Shown: positions 1 to 9,776, counted from the stretch's first letter. The stretch is DNA of 53,407 bases from Syntrophus aciditrophicus (GCA_020726025.1 DYTH01000003.1:1-53407), one strand, 5' to 3'. Numbers and translations are program-made. Notes: generated from the sequence alone by a model not told the origin.

Positions 1-48
1 AGCACGGAATGACAAAAAGGGGCAAAATCGACTTTTGACGAGTTCATC
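1..48 (-). mobile_element. Partial MITE (family A, GATG...CATC ends), cut by the window edge
   Basis: Reverse complement of 1-50 matches 21055-21103 almost exactly (TTGATGAACTCGTCAAAAGTCGATTTTG...GTCATTCCGTGCT). Flanked by AAGCTT (49-54), an AANNTT target like the AATGTT at the other copy. Confidence 0.8.
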
Positions 49-301
49 AAGCTTACAAGCAAGCAACTAAACTGAACCGCGTTGATCCTCATCCGCAAAA
101 GCGGGAGGCATTTTGAATTAAATAGACTACGTGAAAAGAACTTTTCCGCTAACAAAAGACGGTTGCTGGATAACAGGCATTTTTTACAATGTCAACAGAA
201 AAAATGAAAAAGTGTGACGCATTTCACAACTGAGTTCACAACAGCGGTTGACGGGTAAGAGGCAGGAACGGCCAACCCCCTCCACGTACATGCATTCGCA
301 C

Positions 302-2290
302 CTACATTTCTCCTCCCGACCCGGCGAAGGAAAGGGCTTCCTCCAGCCACGTATCCATCTTCAACACCTCCCGGCGCTGACGGTAAGCGAGCCGCTGGGC
401 GGTTCTCTGCGCCTGGAAAAGCGCGATTCTGGCCAGCACGTCCACACCCGGCGTCTTTCCCTGAAGCGCCGCGGCAAGTCTTTTCCTGAGCAGGGGCGAG
501 ACAAAACGCCGGATCAATTCGTCTTCCACGCTCATGAAGGCCTGGGCGGCGCCAGGGTCTCCCTGTCTCGCGCAACGGCCGAAGAGCTGGCGGTCGATGC
601 GCCCCGATTCATGGCGCTCGGTGGCTATCACATGGAGACCACCCATCTCCGCGACGCCGTGTCCGAGCTTGATGTCGGTGCCTCGTCCGGCCATGTTCGT
701 GGAAATGGTTACCCTCCCCTTTTCACCCGCAGCGGCCACGATCCTCGCTTCCTCGCTGTGGCGGACGGCGTTGAGAAGATTATAGTCGAGACCTCTGGCG
801 GCAAGCATGAGGGCGAGTTTTTCACTGACCGTGACGCTTCTTGTTCCTACAAGCACCGGACGTCCGGTATTCCGCAGCATCTCGATTTCATCGACCACGG
901 CCTCGAACTTCTCCCGCTCCGTGGAAAATATCCGGTCGGGCATGCTTACCCTTATGCAGGGGCGATTGGTAGGAATCGTCATGACAGGGAGGCGGTAAAT
1001 ATGCCAGAACTCCGCAGATGCCTCTTTTGCGGTGCCGGTCATTCCGCTCAATTTCCTGAAAAACCGGAAAAACCTCTGGAAGCTCAGTCTCGCCAGTGTC
1101 TCGCTCGGGTCGTTCACGGTAATGCCTTCCTTTGCCTCGATCGCCTGGTGCAATCCGTGCCGCCATGTCCTGTTCGGCATCAATCTACCGGTAAACTCAT
1201 CGACAATCGCAACCTTGCCGTCCTGGACGACATACTGCTGATCCCGCTTGTAGAACTCCCTTGCCGTCAGAGCCTGCTTTACCAGTTCCTCCCGCCTGGC
1301 CGACCCGCGCCATATTCCATTGAGCATCACCGACTGTTCGTCAACCTTTCGCTCCCCCTCCTTCGTGAGCGAAATCTCCTTATATCGCTGGTTGATTAAA
1401 TAATCCCGACCGGCGTCCAGTGGCTCAACGAGCCGGTGGGTTATTTCGCACGCCTCGACCAGCGAGGAGTTCTTCTGAGGACGGGAGATGATAAGCGGGG
1501 TTACCGCCTCGTCGATCAGGACGCTGTCCGCCTCATCGACAATGGCCGTGTCCAGCCCCCGCAGCACCGTATTGTCGGCGGCTGTCGGGGGACGCAGAAG
1601 CTGGCGGAGCTGCCGTCTTGAAGCGTTGTGCAGCTCTCCGATTATCAGCCTGTCCCGGAGAAAATCGGCCACCAGTTCCTTGAGCGTCGTATAAACAACA
1701 CCTTTCTCATAATTGGCACGCCTATCCTTCGGCTCCATCTGCGAGGTCACACAGCCTACGGAAACACCGCAGAACGAATAAAAGTCCTTCATCTCCAAGG
1801 CATCCCGGTCGGCAAGATAGTCGTTCACCGTGACAAAATGGAAGGGTCGCCCCGTCCAGGCGGCCAGCACCGCCGGCAGACAGGCGGTAAGACTCTTGCC
1901 TTCACCGGTGGCCATCTCGGCAAGGTAGCCGTGGTAGAGGGCGAGCGCCCCCATCACCTGAACCGGATAGGGGAGCATGCCGGTGGTTCGGTTGGACGCC
2001 TCGATCATATACGCCAGGGCCTCGGGCAAAAGCTGGTCAACCTCCTTCCCCCGGCGGCGAAACTCTGTTTGAAGTTCGCCGAGGTTCCCCCTCAGTCTGC
2101 TGTCGGATAAATAAACAAGCTTCCTGGCGTCTTCACTAATTTTGTCCGCATCTGCCTTCAACAAACGGGCGACGGAGGGACGTCGTTTGTTCCACCCCTC
2201 AAACCCGTGGATAAGCGCGTCCATCCCCTGATGGAGCTTTTCAGGAATCACAATGCGGGTACGGTGATAATCCTGGGACGGGACTCTCAT
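302..2290 (-). CDS. Secondary SecA-like ATPase (SecA DEAD/NBD1-NBD2), C-terminally shortened
   Basis: SecA motifs EMATGEGKS, VTVNDYLA, IVDEADSVLIDEA, GLHQAIEAKE, GMTGTA, TNMAGRGTDI, TERHESGRIDRQLFGRCARQGDPG. Start placed at ATG 2290 (MRVPSQD), overlapping the upstream stop (TGATG); 662 aa. Confidence 0.9.
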   Translation of the reverse strand: MRVPSQDYHRTRIVIPEKLHQGMDALIHGFEGWNKRRPSVARLLKADADKISEDARKLVYLSDSRLRGNLGELQTEFRRRGKEVDQLLPEALAYMIEASNRTTGMLPYPVQVMGALALYHGYLAEMATGEGKSLTACLPAVLAAWTGRPFHFVTVNDYLADRDALEMKDFYSFCGVSVGCVTSQMEPKDRRANYEKGVVYTTLKELVADFLRDRLIIGELHNASRRQLRQLLRPPTAADNTVLRGLDTAIVDEADSVLIDEAVTPLIISRPQKNSSLVEACEITHRLVEPLDAGRDYLINQRYKEISLTKEGERKVDEQSVMLNGIWRGSARREELVKQALTAREFYKRDQQYVVQDGKVAIVDEFTGRLMPNRTWRHGLHQAIEAKEGITVNDPSETLARLSFQRFFRFFRKLSGMTGTAKEASAEFWHIYRLPVMTIPTNRPCIRVSMPDRIFSTEREKFEAVVDEIEMLRNTGRPVLVGTRSVTVSEKLALMLAARGLDYNLLNAVRHSEEARIVAAAGEKGRVTISTNMAGRGTDIKLGHGVAEMGGLHVIATERHESGRIDRQLFGRCARQGDPGAAQAFMSVEDELIRRFVSPLLRKRLAAALQGKTPGVDVLARIALFQAQRTAQRLAYRQRREVLKMDTWLEEALSFAGSGGEM

Positions 2291-4446
2291 CAAAGCTGGT
2301 ACCTCTTCTGCAACATCTGGCGGAACAGATGGCCCCACTGGAAAAGCAGCGGCCGTGGCTTGAGGGTGAAACGGAGTTTCCCCGACATTCCATGCAGCAG
2401 TAGTACTTCCGGCGTCGGCACGATATCGGCATAAATCTGGAAAAAAGGCTCGGAGGCCCGGGTACCGGTTTCGTCTTTCACGGAGACGGCAAGGTCCCCG
2501 CCTCCCCGCCATCCCAGCGCGGCGGAGGGCAATTTCTCCTGCCGATAAGGAATGATCCGGAATTTCGATACGGCAAGATTTGTCTCGCCCTGCCCGTATA
2601 TCCTCACCTCGACTTTGCTAATACCGCCGACGAAAAGTTCCGCAGCCTCATCCTGGGAGACAACCGCCGAAAAGCGGAAGGAGCGCTCATTAACGATCTG
2701 TCCTATCACGCCCCCCCTGTCCAGCCAGGAACCGACCAGGTCGTTTATCCTGGGGGCCACCCAGATTCCCGCTTCTCTTGCCCTTACGGTGAGAGAAGCC
2801 CGTTGGAGTTCCAGATCCTTAAGTTTCGCGTCAATGGACTCAAGACGTTTTTGAAGCGGCTCAAGATCGGCGGTTTCCTTGTTGAGCGCCTTGAGAATGA
2901 GCGCCTCAGTTTCTTTCTTTTGGCCGATTACCGCCTCAGTTTCCAGTTCGAGCTCGCGGTCATGCATCTCCAGAAGCGCCATACCGGGGCTCACCTGTCG
3001 GCCCGAAGGAACGATCACCTTTTTCAGGTAGCCGGGGGCGTCGTTCACCACCTGGACGTACTGCATCGTTTCCATCACGCCCGGGGCGCGAAATCTGTCG
3101 GGAAACGGGATAAGGGCAAGAAAAAGAACCAGAAGCGAGAGGAACCCCGCAGAAACGAGGACGGCCCTCATTCTCGTCCGGGCCAGACGGGGGTTCGTGG
3201 AAAGGTAAATGAAAAACTTGTAAAGAGGAACCACCACCCAGGTCACGACGCCGATCAGCGCCATGATCATCCCGGCGAGCAGAAACTTGTCCGCTACGAA
3301 AAAGATGATCCCCGAAAAGACGATGACCCGGTAAATACCGCTCAGAATCGCGAAGATGGTCAGATAAACGGTTTCCCTGCGCCCCTGCGCCGGGCTGAAT
3401 GACTCCTTGTAGCCGAAGGCATACCTTTCCACGAGATGGCGGAGGTGCTTCATCGCCCGCGAGCTGAGGTTAGGAATGTCAAGTAAATCCGAGAGTATGT
3501 AGTAGCCGTCAAAGCGCAGAAGCGGGTTTCCGTTGAACAGGACAGTCGAGACGGAGGCAATGAACATGATGTTGTAGGCGAGGCTGTGGAGGGTCCCCTC
3601 CCCGGAGTAGGCCCAGACAAACGTGGCGATCGCCGCCACGAAAATCTCCATGATCATTCCGGCGGCGCCGACAAGCGCCCTCTCCCAACGGCTCCGGAAG
3701 GCCCAGCTCGATGTCGCGTCCATGTACGGCAACGGGGTAAAAACCAGCAGCATCACACCCATCGTATGCACCTCTCCGCCATAGCGGCGGCACACCAGGG
3801 CATGACCGAACTCGTGAATCGTCTTGACGACGATCAGCCCCAGATACAGCAGAAAGAGGTTGTCCGGGGCAAGTATCCCCTGCACCTGATCGAAGGCCAT
3901 ATCGAAACGATCCACTACCAGCTTGATCGCCCAGCCTGTTGAAACAAGCCACAACAGCGCCCCCAGCGGCGAGATAAGCAGCCGGAAAATCGGCATCAAC
4001 TGTTTAAGGAGATTATCAGGATCGAAAAGGGGCAGCCGCATGAACAGAATACTCATGAGTTTCGACTGCATCTCCCGCTGGCGGCGCTTCCGGTAACGCT
4101 CGAAAAGCTTGGCGCTGTCCGCAGGTTTTTCGAAATGGAGAAGGTTGGCGAAATAGAGCTGGGTCAGCAACTGAATCACGTCTTCCTGTCCCGGCGCGTT
4201 GTCGGGATCCCGATTGAGGCACTCCTCCCAGACTTCCGAGACGGTACGATCCGACCGGAGCCGGATCACGAAATCGTGCGCCTCCGACCGCAGACGAAAG
4301 AACTGGTTGTTAAAGGGGTCGCGGAACATGTACCATATCTCGCCGCGAAAGCGCCTTTTGCTTACCTGGACGGACGGGTGGAGGCTGACCTTGAGATCTG
4401 CCACGCGATACCACGACTCACTGAATGTTTTTCCAGCCTTTTGCAT
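2290..4446 (-). CDS. PqqD-like domain + M50 (site-2) membrane metalloprotease + HlyD-type adaptor fusion
   Basis: HEFGH zinc motif and NGNPLLRFDGYY (NPDG-type third ligand); multiple hydrophobic helices; C-terminal lipoyl/coiled-coil adaptor region. The N-terminal ~100 aa resemble a PqqD winged helix. Start MQKAGK at 4446. Confidence 0.85.
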   Translation of the reverse strand: MQKAGKTFSESWYRVADLKVSLHPSVQVSKRRFRGEIWYMFRDPFNNQFFRLRSEAHDFVIRLRSDRTVSEVWEECLNRDPDNAPGQEDVIQLLTQLYFANLLHFEKPADSAKLFERYRKRRQREMQSKLMSILFMRLPLFDPDNLLKQLMPIFRLLISPLGALLWLVSTGWAIKLVVDRFDMAFDQVQGILAPDNLFLLYLGLIVVKTIHEFGHALVCRRYGGEVHTMGVMLLVFTPLPYMDATSSWAFRSRWERALVGAAGMIMEIFVAAIATFVWAYSGEGTLHSLAYNIMFIASVSTVLFNGNPLLRFDGYYILSDLLDIPNLSSRAMKHLRHLVERYAFGYKESFSPAQGRRETVYLTIFAILSGIYRVIVFSGIIFFVADKFLLAGMIMALIGVVTWVVVPLYKFFIYLSTNPRLARTRMRAVLVSAGFLSLLVLFLALIPFPDRFRAPGVMETMQYVQVVNDAPGYLKKVIVPSGRQVSPGMALLEMHDRELELETEAVIGQKKETEALILKALNKETADLEPLQKRLESIDAKLKDLELQRASLTVRAREAGIWVAPRINDLVGSWLDRGGVIGQIVNERSFRFSAVVSQDEAAELFVGGISKVEVRIYGQGETNLAVSKFRIIPYRQEKLPSAALGWRGGGDLAVSVKDETGTRASEPFFQIYADIVPTPEVLLLHGMSGKLRFTLKPRPLLFQWGHLFRQMLQKRYQL

Positions 4447-4447
4447 A

Positions 4448-6304
4448 TCACCACCACAAAAGGATGCGGAGGAAGTCGATGGTCCTGTGAGCGAAAATCC
4501 AGAGGATGTTCCTCTTGCCGACGTTGATTTTCGCAACCCCGCTCATCCCGGGACGCCACCACGTCTCGGGTTTATCCGGAAGCAGGGCGCGGGCAAGATA
4601 GACGTTCCTTTCGTCTTGCGTGACGGCCACCGGATCCACGCGGTCAACCCGCACCGGAAATTTCAGATCCGGCCTCCCCACAAAGGCTATCTCACCGGCG
4701 CTTTTCACGGCTACTTCGTGAACGTCCCGTTCGTCAACCTTCATCTCGACGTACATATTTCCAAGTCGGGCCACCTTGAAAAGGATGTCTCCCTTTTTCA
4801 CCGGCGCGCCCAACAACTCTTTAAGGTCTCCCTCGACGACAATACCTTCAAAAGGCGCCCTCACGTCTGCATGATTCAGATGGTAGTGCACCATCTTGAG
4901 ACGGGCATCCGCCTGTTCTTCAAGCGCACGGGCGACCTTCATATCGGCCAGCGCCTTCTGGGCATAAGCCTTGGCGGCCTCCCTGACGTAACGGTTCTGA
5001 TTTGCCACCGCCGTCGCTTCCTCAAGAAGCAACTCGCGGGTGTCCAGTGAAAGGAGCGGACTCTCTTTCCTGACGCGGTCGCCTATCTTTACGTGCACCT
5101 GGTGAATATAACCATCAAAAGGCGCCGGAAGATACGAAAGATCATCCGTTTTCAAAATGAAAGGCGCCTCGACGCGGTACTCCATCTTTCCAAAAATCAA
5201 AACCGCCAGGGCGATTGCGACCAGAACGCCCAGCAACTTGGCGAAGGTGTGTTCAACACCGAGAAGTTTGCCCAGCGCCTCCCGCACAGAAGCAAAAATT
5301 CGCGCCCCGAACCAGCGGTCAAGACGTTTCAGGTCTCCGAGACGACGTGCCGCCTGGTCGCAGAAGACGCGCAGACCCCGGACATCCTCTTCAGAAAATG
5401 GTTCCTCGGAGCGCTCACAGGTAAGCACCGCCTCCGGATTGTCGTCAAGTCGGAGCGTAAGCGATGCGAGGTACCGCGCCCCCTGCTCCCGGGAATACTT
5501 TTCGTGGTCGCGGACAACCGAAAGAGCACCCTCCGGACGGGGCCAGATGATCTCCTCGTCCTGGTCAAGCGCCTCTTCCATCGCCGCCTCGATGGCCTGA
5601 ACTGCCGTCATTTTCTTCTCGAACTTCTCGATATGGCTGATAGCCTGCACCCGGACATAGCCGTCCTGCACCCAGCCAAGACTGACTCGATCGCATCGAT
5701 AGCGGGAGGCGATCTCGTTGCAGAAGGTCATCGCTGCGGCAACGTATCTTTTTTCGGCATTGAGAAGCACCATCAGGTCGAGCGCTTCGGAAAACTTCGC
5801 CACGTCGTTTCGGGCGCGGACAACCACATTTCCCAACTGGTAAACCGAGGGAGTGTCCGCAACCAGCTCAAGGCGGGTTTTGGCCTCAACAGCGGAGATA
5901 CGGGCGCCCTGGGAGATCAAAAACGTGGCAGCGCTGTTCCTTGCGTCTTCAGTTACAAGCTTGACCGCCACGACAAGACCTTCGGCGGGGATCGGCCCTT
6001 CCCATCCGACTGGTTCAGTGACAAACCCTTCACTCATCGCCATACCAGCCGCCAGCTCCATCCTTTTTATTATGTCGGCGCTTTTGGAAACCTTCACGGC
6101 GGGGTCCTGCCAGAGGGAAAGCTTTCGCCAGCCTTCGTTATTTTCCTGACGGAGAAGCAGCAACCCCATGTCCGCCTCTACCAGTCTCGCCGCCTCTTCG
6201 AGAAAGGCTGGCCAGAATTCGGAGGGGGCTCCAGTGAAGCGGCGAATCTGCGTTATCCTCTTCCCGACAGCTTCTCTGTGTTCACTTTCTTTTACGTTTT
6301 CCAT
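4448..6304 (-). CDS. GAF-domain-containing HlyD/RND periplasmic adaptor
   Basis: N-terminal GAF-like region (CDRVSLG...AMEEALDQ), one TM helix, then adaptor hallmarks (APFDGYI..V.VK.GD.V, RAPFEGIV, RPGMSG.AKI). Confidence 0.8.
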   Translation of the reverse strand: MENVKESEHREAVGKRITQIRRFTGAPSEFWPAFLEEAARLVEADMGLLLLRQENNEGWRKLSLWQDPAVKVSKSADIIKRMELAAGMAMSEGFVTEPVGWEGPIPAEGLVVAVKLVTEDARNSAATFLISQGARISAVEAKTRLELVADTPSVYQLGNVVVRARNDVAKFSEALDLMVLLNAEKRYVAAAMTFCNEIASRYRCDRVSLGWVQDGYVRVQAISHIEKFEKKMTAVQAIEAAMEEALDQDEEIIWPRPEGALSVVRDHEKYSREQGARYLASLTLRLDDNPEAVLTCERSEEPFSEEDVRGLRVFCDQAARRLGDLKRLDRWFGARIFASVREALGKLLGVEHTFAKLLGVLVAIALAVLIFGKMEYRVEAPFILKTDDLSYLPAPFDGYIHQVHVKIGDRVRKESPLLSLDTRELLLEEATAVANQNRYVREAAKAYAQKALADMKVARALEEQADARLKMVHYHLNHADVRAPFEGIVVEGDLKELLGAPVKKGDILFKVARLGNMYVEMKVDERDVHEVAVKSAGEIAFVGRPDLKFPVRVDRVDPVAVTQDERNVYLARALLPDKPETWWRPGMSGVAKINVGKRNILWIFAHRTIDFLRILLWW

Positions 6305-6374
6305 AGATCCTGCCCGTGATGGTTGTCTGGATTCTTTTTCGGCGCCTATTGAACAGAAGGTCGACCGGTATATC

Positions 6375-7253
6375 TCATCTTCCTAATAGCAGGAAACCGG
6401 CTACGCCAGGTCTCACCACACCGTCTTTGTTGTCAAATTCAACTTTTACCTCAAGCAGTCCACTCGCAGGATCGACCACAGGGGAGACAAACACCGTCTT
6501 ACCCTTGATAGGCATCGCGCTTTTTCCCGTGTTAATCTTGAGATTGACCATCTGGCCTGTGTGGAGACTTCGTCCGATCCATTCTTCCACGTTACAGACA
6601 AAAATGGACCGGCTGGTATCCACGAGGTGAACAAGGGGTTGATTCACTTCGACCCCCTCACCCTCATCAAAAAACAGTTTGATTACAGTACCGTCGATCG
6701 GCGATGCAAGACTTCTTCGGGAAAGGGCCTCAATGGCCATCCGGTACTCAATCTCCTCCCGTTCTTCCTGAGCTGTCAGCCGTTTCTGCTCGGCCACGGC
6801 CAGGTCGTACTCCAGCTTTAACTTCTCAAGTTCTTCCCGGCTTACCGAGGCGGTTGTATTGAAAAGCTCCTGATTCGAGTCCAAAATCCACTTGAGTGTT
6901 CGTACCCGGAATGCAGCCGCTTCCAACTCGGATGTGGCGTCCCGAATGAGTTTTCTTCTTTCGGTTTCCAGTTCATCCAGTTGTTTTTCCATCTCCAGAA
7001 GAACGGTTCCTTTGCTGACAACATCCCCTTCCCTGACGAGGATTTCAGAAACCACGCCGGCCATCGTTGCACTCAAATTGACATCCCGAAAGGGCTCCGT
7101 GATCCCGGCGACTGATATCCCCTCACCCGCCCGCACCATACACGGGAAAAACAGCGCGACAATCAGAAAAAACGTAATTCCAACAATCGCGGGAATCCGC
7201 ACCTTCCGGTGCGGCCTCACTTTCGGTTTGTTGTTGAGATGTATCATGGTCAT
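6375..7253 (-). CDS. Efflux RND/T1SS periplasmic adaptor subunit (MFP)
   Basis: N-terminal hydrophobic segment; GVVSEILVREGDVV, coiled coil, SPIDGTV, SPVVDPASG, RPG motifs. Confidence 0.85.
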   Translation of the reverse strand: MTMIHLNNKPKVRPHRKVRIPAIVGITFFLIVALFFPCMVRAGEGISVAGITEPFRDVNLSATMAGVVSEILVREGDVVSKGTVLLEMEKQLDELETERRKLIRDATSELEAAAFRVRTLKWILDSNQELFNTTASVSREELEKLKLEYDLAVAEQKRLTAQEEREEIEYRMAIEALSRRSLASPIDGTVIKLFFDEGEGVEVNQPLVHLVDTSRSIFVCNVEEWIGRSLHTGQMVNLKINTGKSAMPIKGKTVFVSPVVDPASGLLEVKVEFDNKDGVVRPGVAGFLLLGR

Positions 7254-8944
7254 TGTCGTTCGACCTCCTTGATTTCTACTCCTCTGTTCATCAGCAGAGC
7301 CCCTTCCGCCAAATCAAGCTGGTGGAGAGCTTTCATGAATTTGACAAGGGTTTCCGCCTCGCCCTCCCGTGCGTTGATCAGATTTTGCTCCCGTTCAAAC
7401 AGCATCCGGCTGTTGCTTTTTCCAATACGGAATCTTTCCGTTTCCGTATCGAGCAGTTTTCTGGTCATCTCGACAACCCCTGATTGTTCTTTGACCTGTT
7501 CCAGACTATTGTCCACATTCCGCAACGCGGTCTCAATAGAATTGGCGAGGGAGACTTCCACTGCCTTTACCTCCAGCAAAACCTGACGTCTGCGTTGCAA
7601 CGCGGCTGCATGTTCGCTCGAAGCCTTTTTATTCCCCCCCAACGGTATTTTTAATTCAAGTCCGACCATCCAGGATGGATGCTTCGCCTTCGTCGCGTCG
7701 TTGAATGGATCGGCGTATCTGTCGGTCAGTCCATTCAAGAAGTAACTGCCCTTCAAGTCAATTTGCGGCCATAACTGGTTTTTGGCATAGGCAAGCCGGA
7801 CATCCTCACGTTCGACTTTTTTTCGTACCGCCAGATACTCGCCGCGGAGTTTAAAAGATCGGTTGAGACTCTCTGCAAAATCTCGGTGGGTAACCTCTAT
7901 CGACGGACGATCCACTGTTTCGATCTCTTCTCCTGCCAGAGCCACTGAGGTGGAAAGGAATGTTCGAACCATGTTCATGGCGGCCACCACGGCCTGTTTA
8001 GCCTCGCTGACCAGCGACCGGCGGGCGGCGAGCGCTGCTTTGGCCTCGATAACCTCGGTCTCGGCCATTTTTCCCGTCTTGAGCCGGACAAAATTGTCAT
8101 GAAGAATTTTTTCGGCAGTCCGCGCCGAATCCCGACGCAGCAATAATTTTTCACGGGCGAGAAACAGATCCCAGTAAGCGGACATCGCCTCGGCAACCAC
8201 CCGCATGGCCTGCATCCGGTAGTTCTGGAAGGCGATGTCCCTATCCGCTTCGGCAATGCGTATCGGCGCCATTGTCGGCGCAACACCGGCATCTTTCAGA
8301 AGTGGCTGGCTGATGCTGGCCCCGAGCGTTGTCTGTTTGTACTTGTCGAATCCGTAGCCTTCATTCACGCTATCGGAAAAATCACGGTACGAATATGCCA
8401 GCTTGACCCTCCCGCCTACCGGGAGCAGTTCCTCGACGGCAAGTTGCTGGCTGTAACTGTCTTCCCAGAACTCCGGCAGAACAAAACCTCCGTTATTGAA
8501 AGTTGACATCATCTGTTGGGCGGTATTTTTTCTTTTATCGTACTGGAGCTGATAAGTCCCGAGCATCACAGGTTCAAAAACAGCCTTCGCGCCCCTGACA
8601 GCCTCACGGGTAACCGCCCACTCCGCATCTTGAAACGCGATCTGCTCGTTGTTTCTCATGACGCTGACGACATAGTCGTTCAAACTGACCAAAAGAGTTC
8701 GGGGAACCTTTGTGACTTGCGACGGCTTTCCGGCAATCCCGGCGACAGATTCTTTCGGTGATCCTTTCATCTCATCCGCTGCCGTAATGATTCCGGGGAA
8801 GCCCATACAAATCATTGCGGCAATCAGACAATGAGCAAATCGTCCCATCCCGGGGACGCTCCGTGATACGGCTCCGCTTCTATTTGCGGGCAAACGCCCC
8901 GATCGTAAAGACAAACCATCGCTCATAAGATACTCCACCACCAT
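7250..8944 (-). CDS. TolC-family outer membrane channel
   Basis: Two OEP-like repeats (AYWDL...; KNQLWPQIDL...ERFRIGKS). A signal-peptide-like segment after Met33 suggests the true start may be 8848. Confidence 0.85.
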   Translation of the reverse strand: MVVEYLMSDGLSLRSGRLPANRSGAVSRSVPGMGRFAHCLIAAMICMGFPGIITAADEMKGSPKESVAGIAGKPSQVTKVPRTLLVSLNDYVVSVMRNNEQIAFQDAEWAVTREAVRGAKAVFEPVMLGTYQLQYDKRKNTAQQMMSTFNNGGFVLPEFWEDSYSQQLAVEELLPVGGRVKLAYSYRDFSDSVNEGYGFDKYKQTTLGASISQPLLKDAGVAPTMAPIRIAEADRDIAFQNYRMQAMRVVAEAMSAYWDLFLAREKLLLRRDSARTAEKILHDNFVRLKTGKMAETEVIEAKAALAARRSLVSEAKQAVVAAMNMVRTFLSTSVALAGEEIETVDRPSIEVTHRDFAESLNRSFKLRGEYLAVRKKVEREDVRLAYAKNQLWPQIDLKGSYFLNGLTDRYADPFNDATKAKHPSWMVGLELKIPLGGNKKASSEHAAALQRRRQVLLEVKAVEVSLANSIETALRNVDNSLEQVKEQSGVVEMTRKLLDTETERFRIGKSNSRMLFEREQNLINAREGEAETLVKFMKALHQLDLAEGALLMNRGVEIKEVERQ

Positions 8945-9596
8945 CCTTTATTCATGTTATTCCGAAGAACCAACGATCATCGGAAGATAAGGACATTACA
9001 GGTCAACGACGCATCCCTGCTGTTTTCTGACATGAGCGTGTCGTCGATCTGCTTATGCAATCCGAATCCAGCTGCGCATGACAGGCCAATCTGTAAAGCC
9101 CGTGAAGGAAACGGCCCTGGTGGCAAGTCCAACCATGGCCGCCCGCGAAACACGCGTAAATCTATATGTGAAAAAGAAATGGTTGTCAATAGAAGGACCC
9201 ACTGATGAAGCATCATCTGCCACCATAATTATGAACTCTTCGCTGTGCGCCATGCTGACTTGCTCCAGATAAAGGGATATGCTCACTGTGTTCATCATCT
9301 CCGTGGTCATGAAATCAGTATAGCCATCCCATGGGCTGACCGCCGCATATTTATAACGGAATTTGGGTCCCGTGATTTTATATTTATTTTTCGTGAACGG
9401 GGTTAAACGAATATTTACATTCCAAATTGAATCAGGCTTGCATTGCATCTACATAACGGCGAGTAAGATAAAGAAAATCCAGTTTGGGAATGACAGGGAC
9501 GTAAAAGAGCAACGATCATCTTTTTTTAACTGCCTGTCCGGCGGGGCAAAATTTTTTTCAAGTCGCTTATTATCAAATAATATCAACCACATTACC

Positions 9597-9616
9597 TATG
9601 TCGGTGCACCGACATA
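9597..9616. promoter_or_regulatory. Perfect 20-bp palindrome TATGTCGGTGCACCGACATA; candidate parS-like site or operator
   Basis: Read directly from sequence. The 16-bp core TGTCGGTG-CACCGACA has the length and TGT...ACA ends of parS and lies 160 bp upstream of the parB-like gene. Function is inferred. Confidence 0.6.
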
Positions 9617-9776
9617 CCCCTTCAGTAACGGATGAATTGAATCCCCCTGAGCGGCGTCTGATTACGGCTTCGGGACATTGTCAAAAAAACTAAATATTGC
9701 AAATATTATCGAAATAATGGATATAGCGGGCAAAATGTCGCGTCCCCCAACCACCAAATTTTGAAAGGAGCCTCCC

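Noticed and set aside
248-1399. 383-aa plus-strand ORF; likewise 5093-6319, 24770-25906, 28163-29152, 30849-31859, 35343-36614, 37980-39818 and 48229-49167
   Set aside because: Antisense shadows of well-supported genes with no recognisable motifs; expected in GC-rich coding DNA.
2291-2512. N-terminal extension of the SecA ORF in the track
   Set aside because: It overlaps the M50 fusion gene; the TGATG coupling at 2290 gives a better start.
9053-9448. 131-aa minus-strand ORF as cargo or leader peptide of the exporter
   Set aside because: No clear RBS, signal or family motif; not supportable without a search.
9597-9616. Canonical chromosomal parS / origin region
   Set aside because: Sequence differs from TGTTTCACGTGAAACA, and no parA, dnaA or gidA is in the window.
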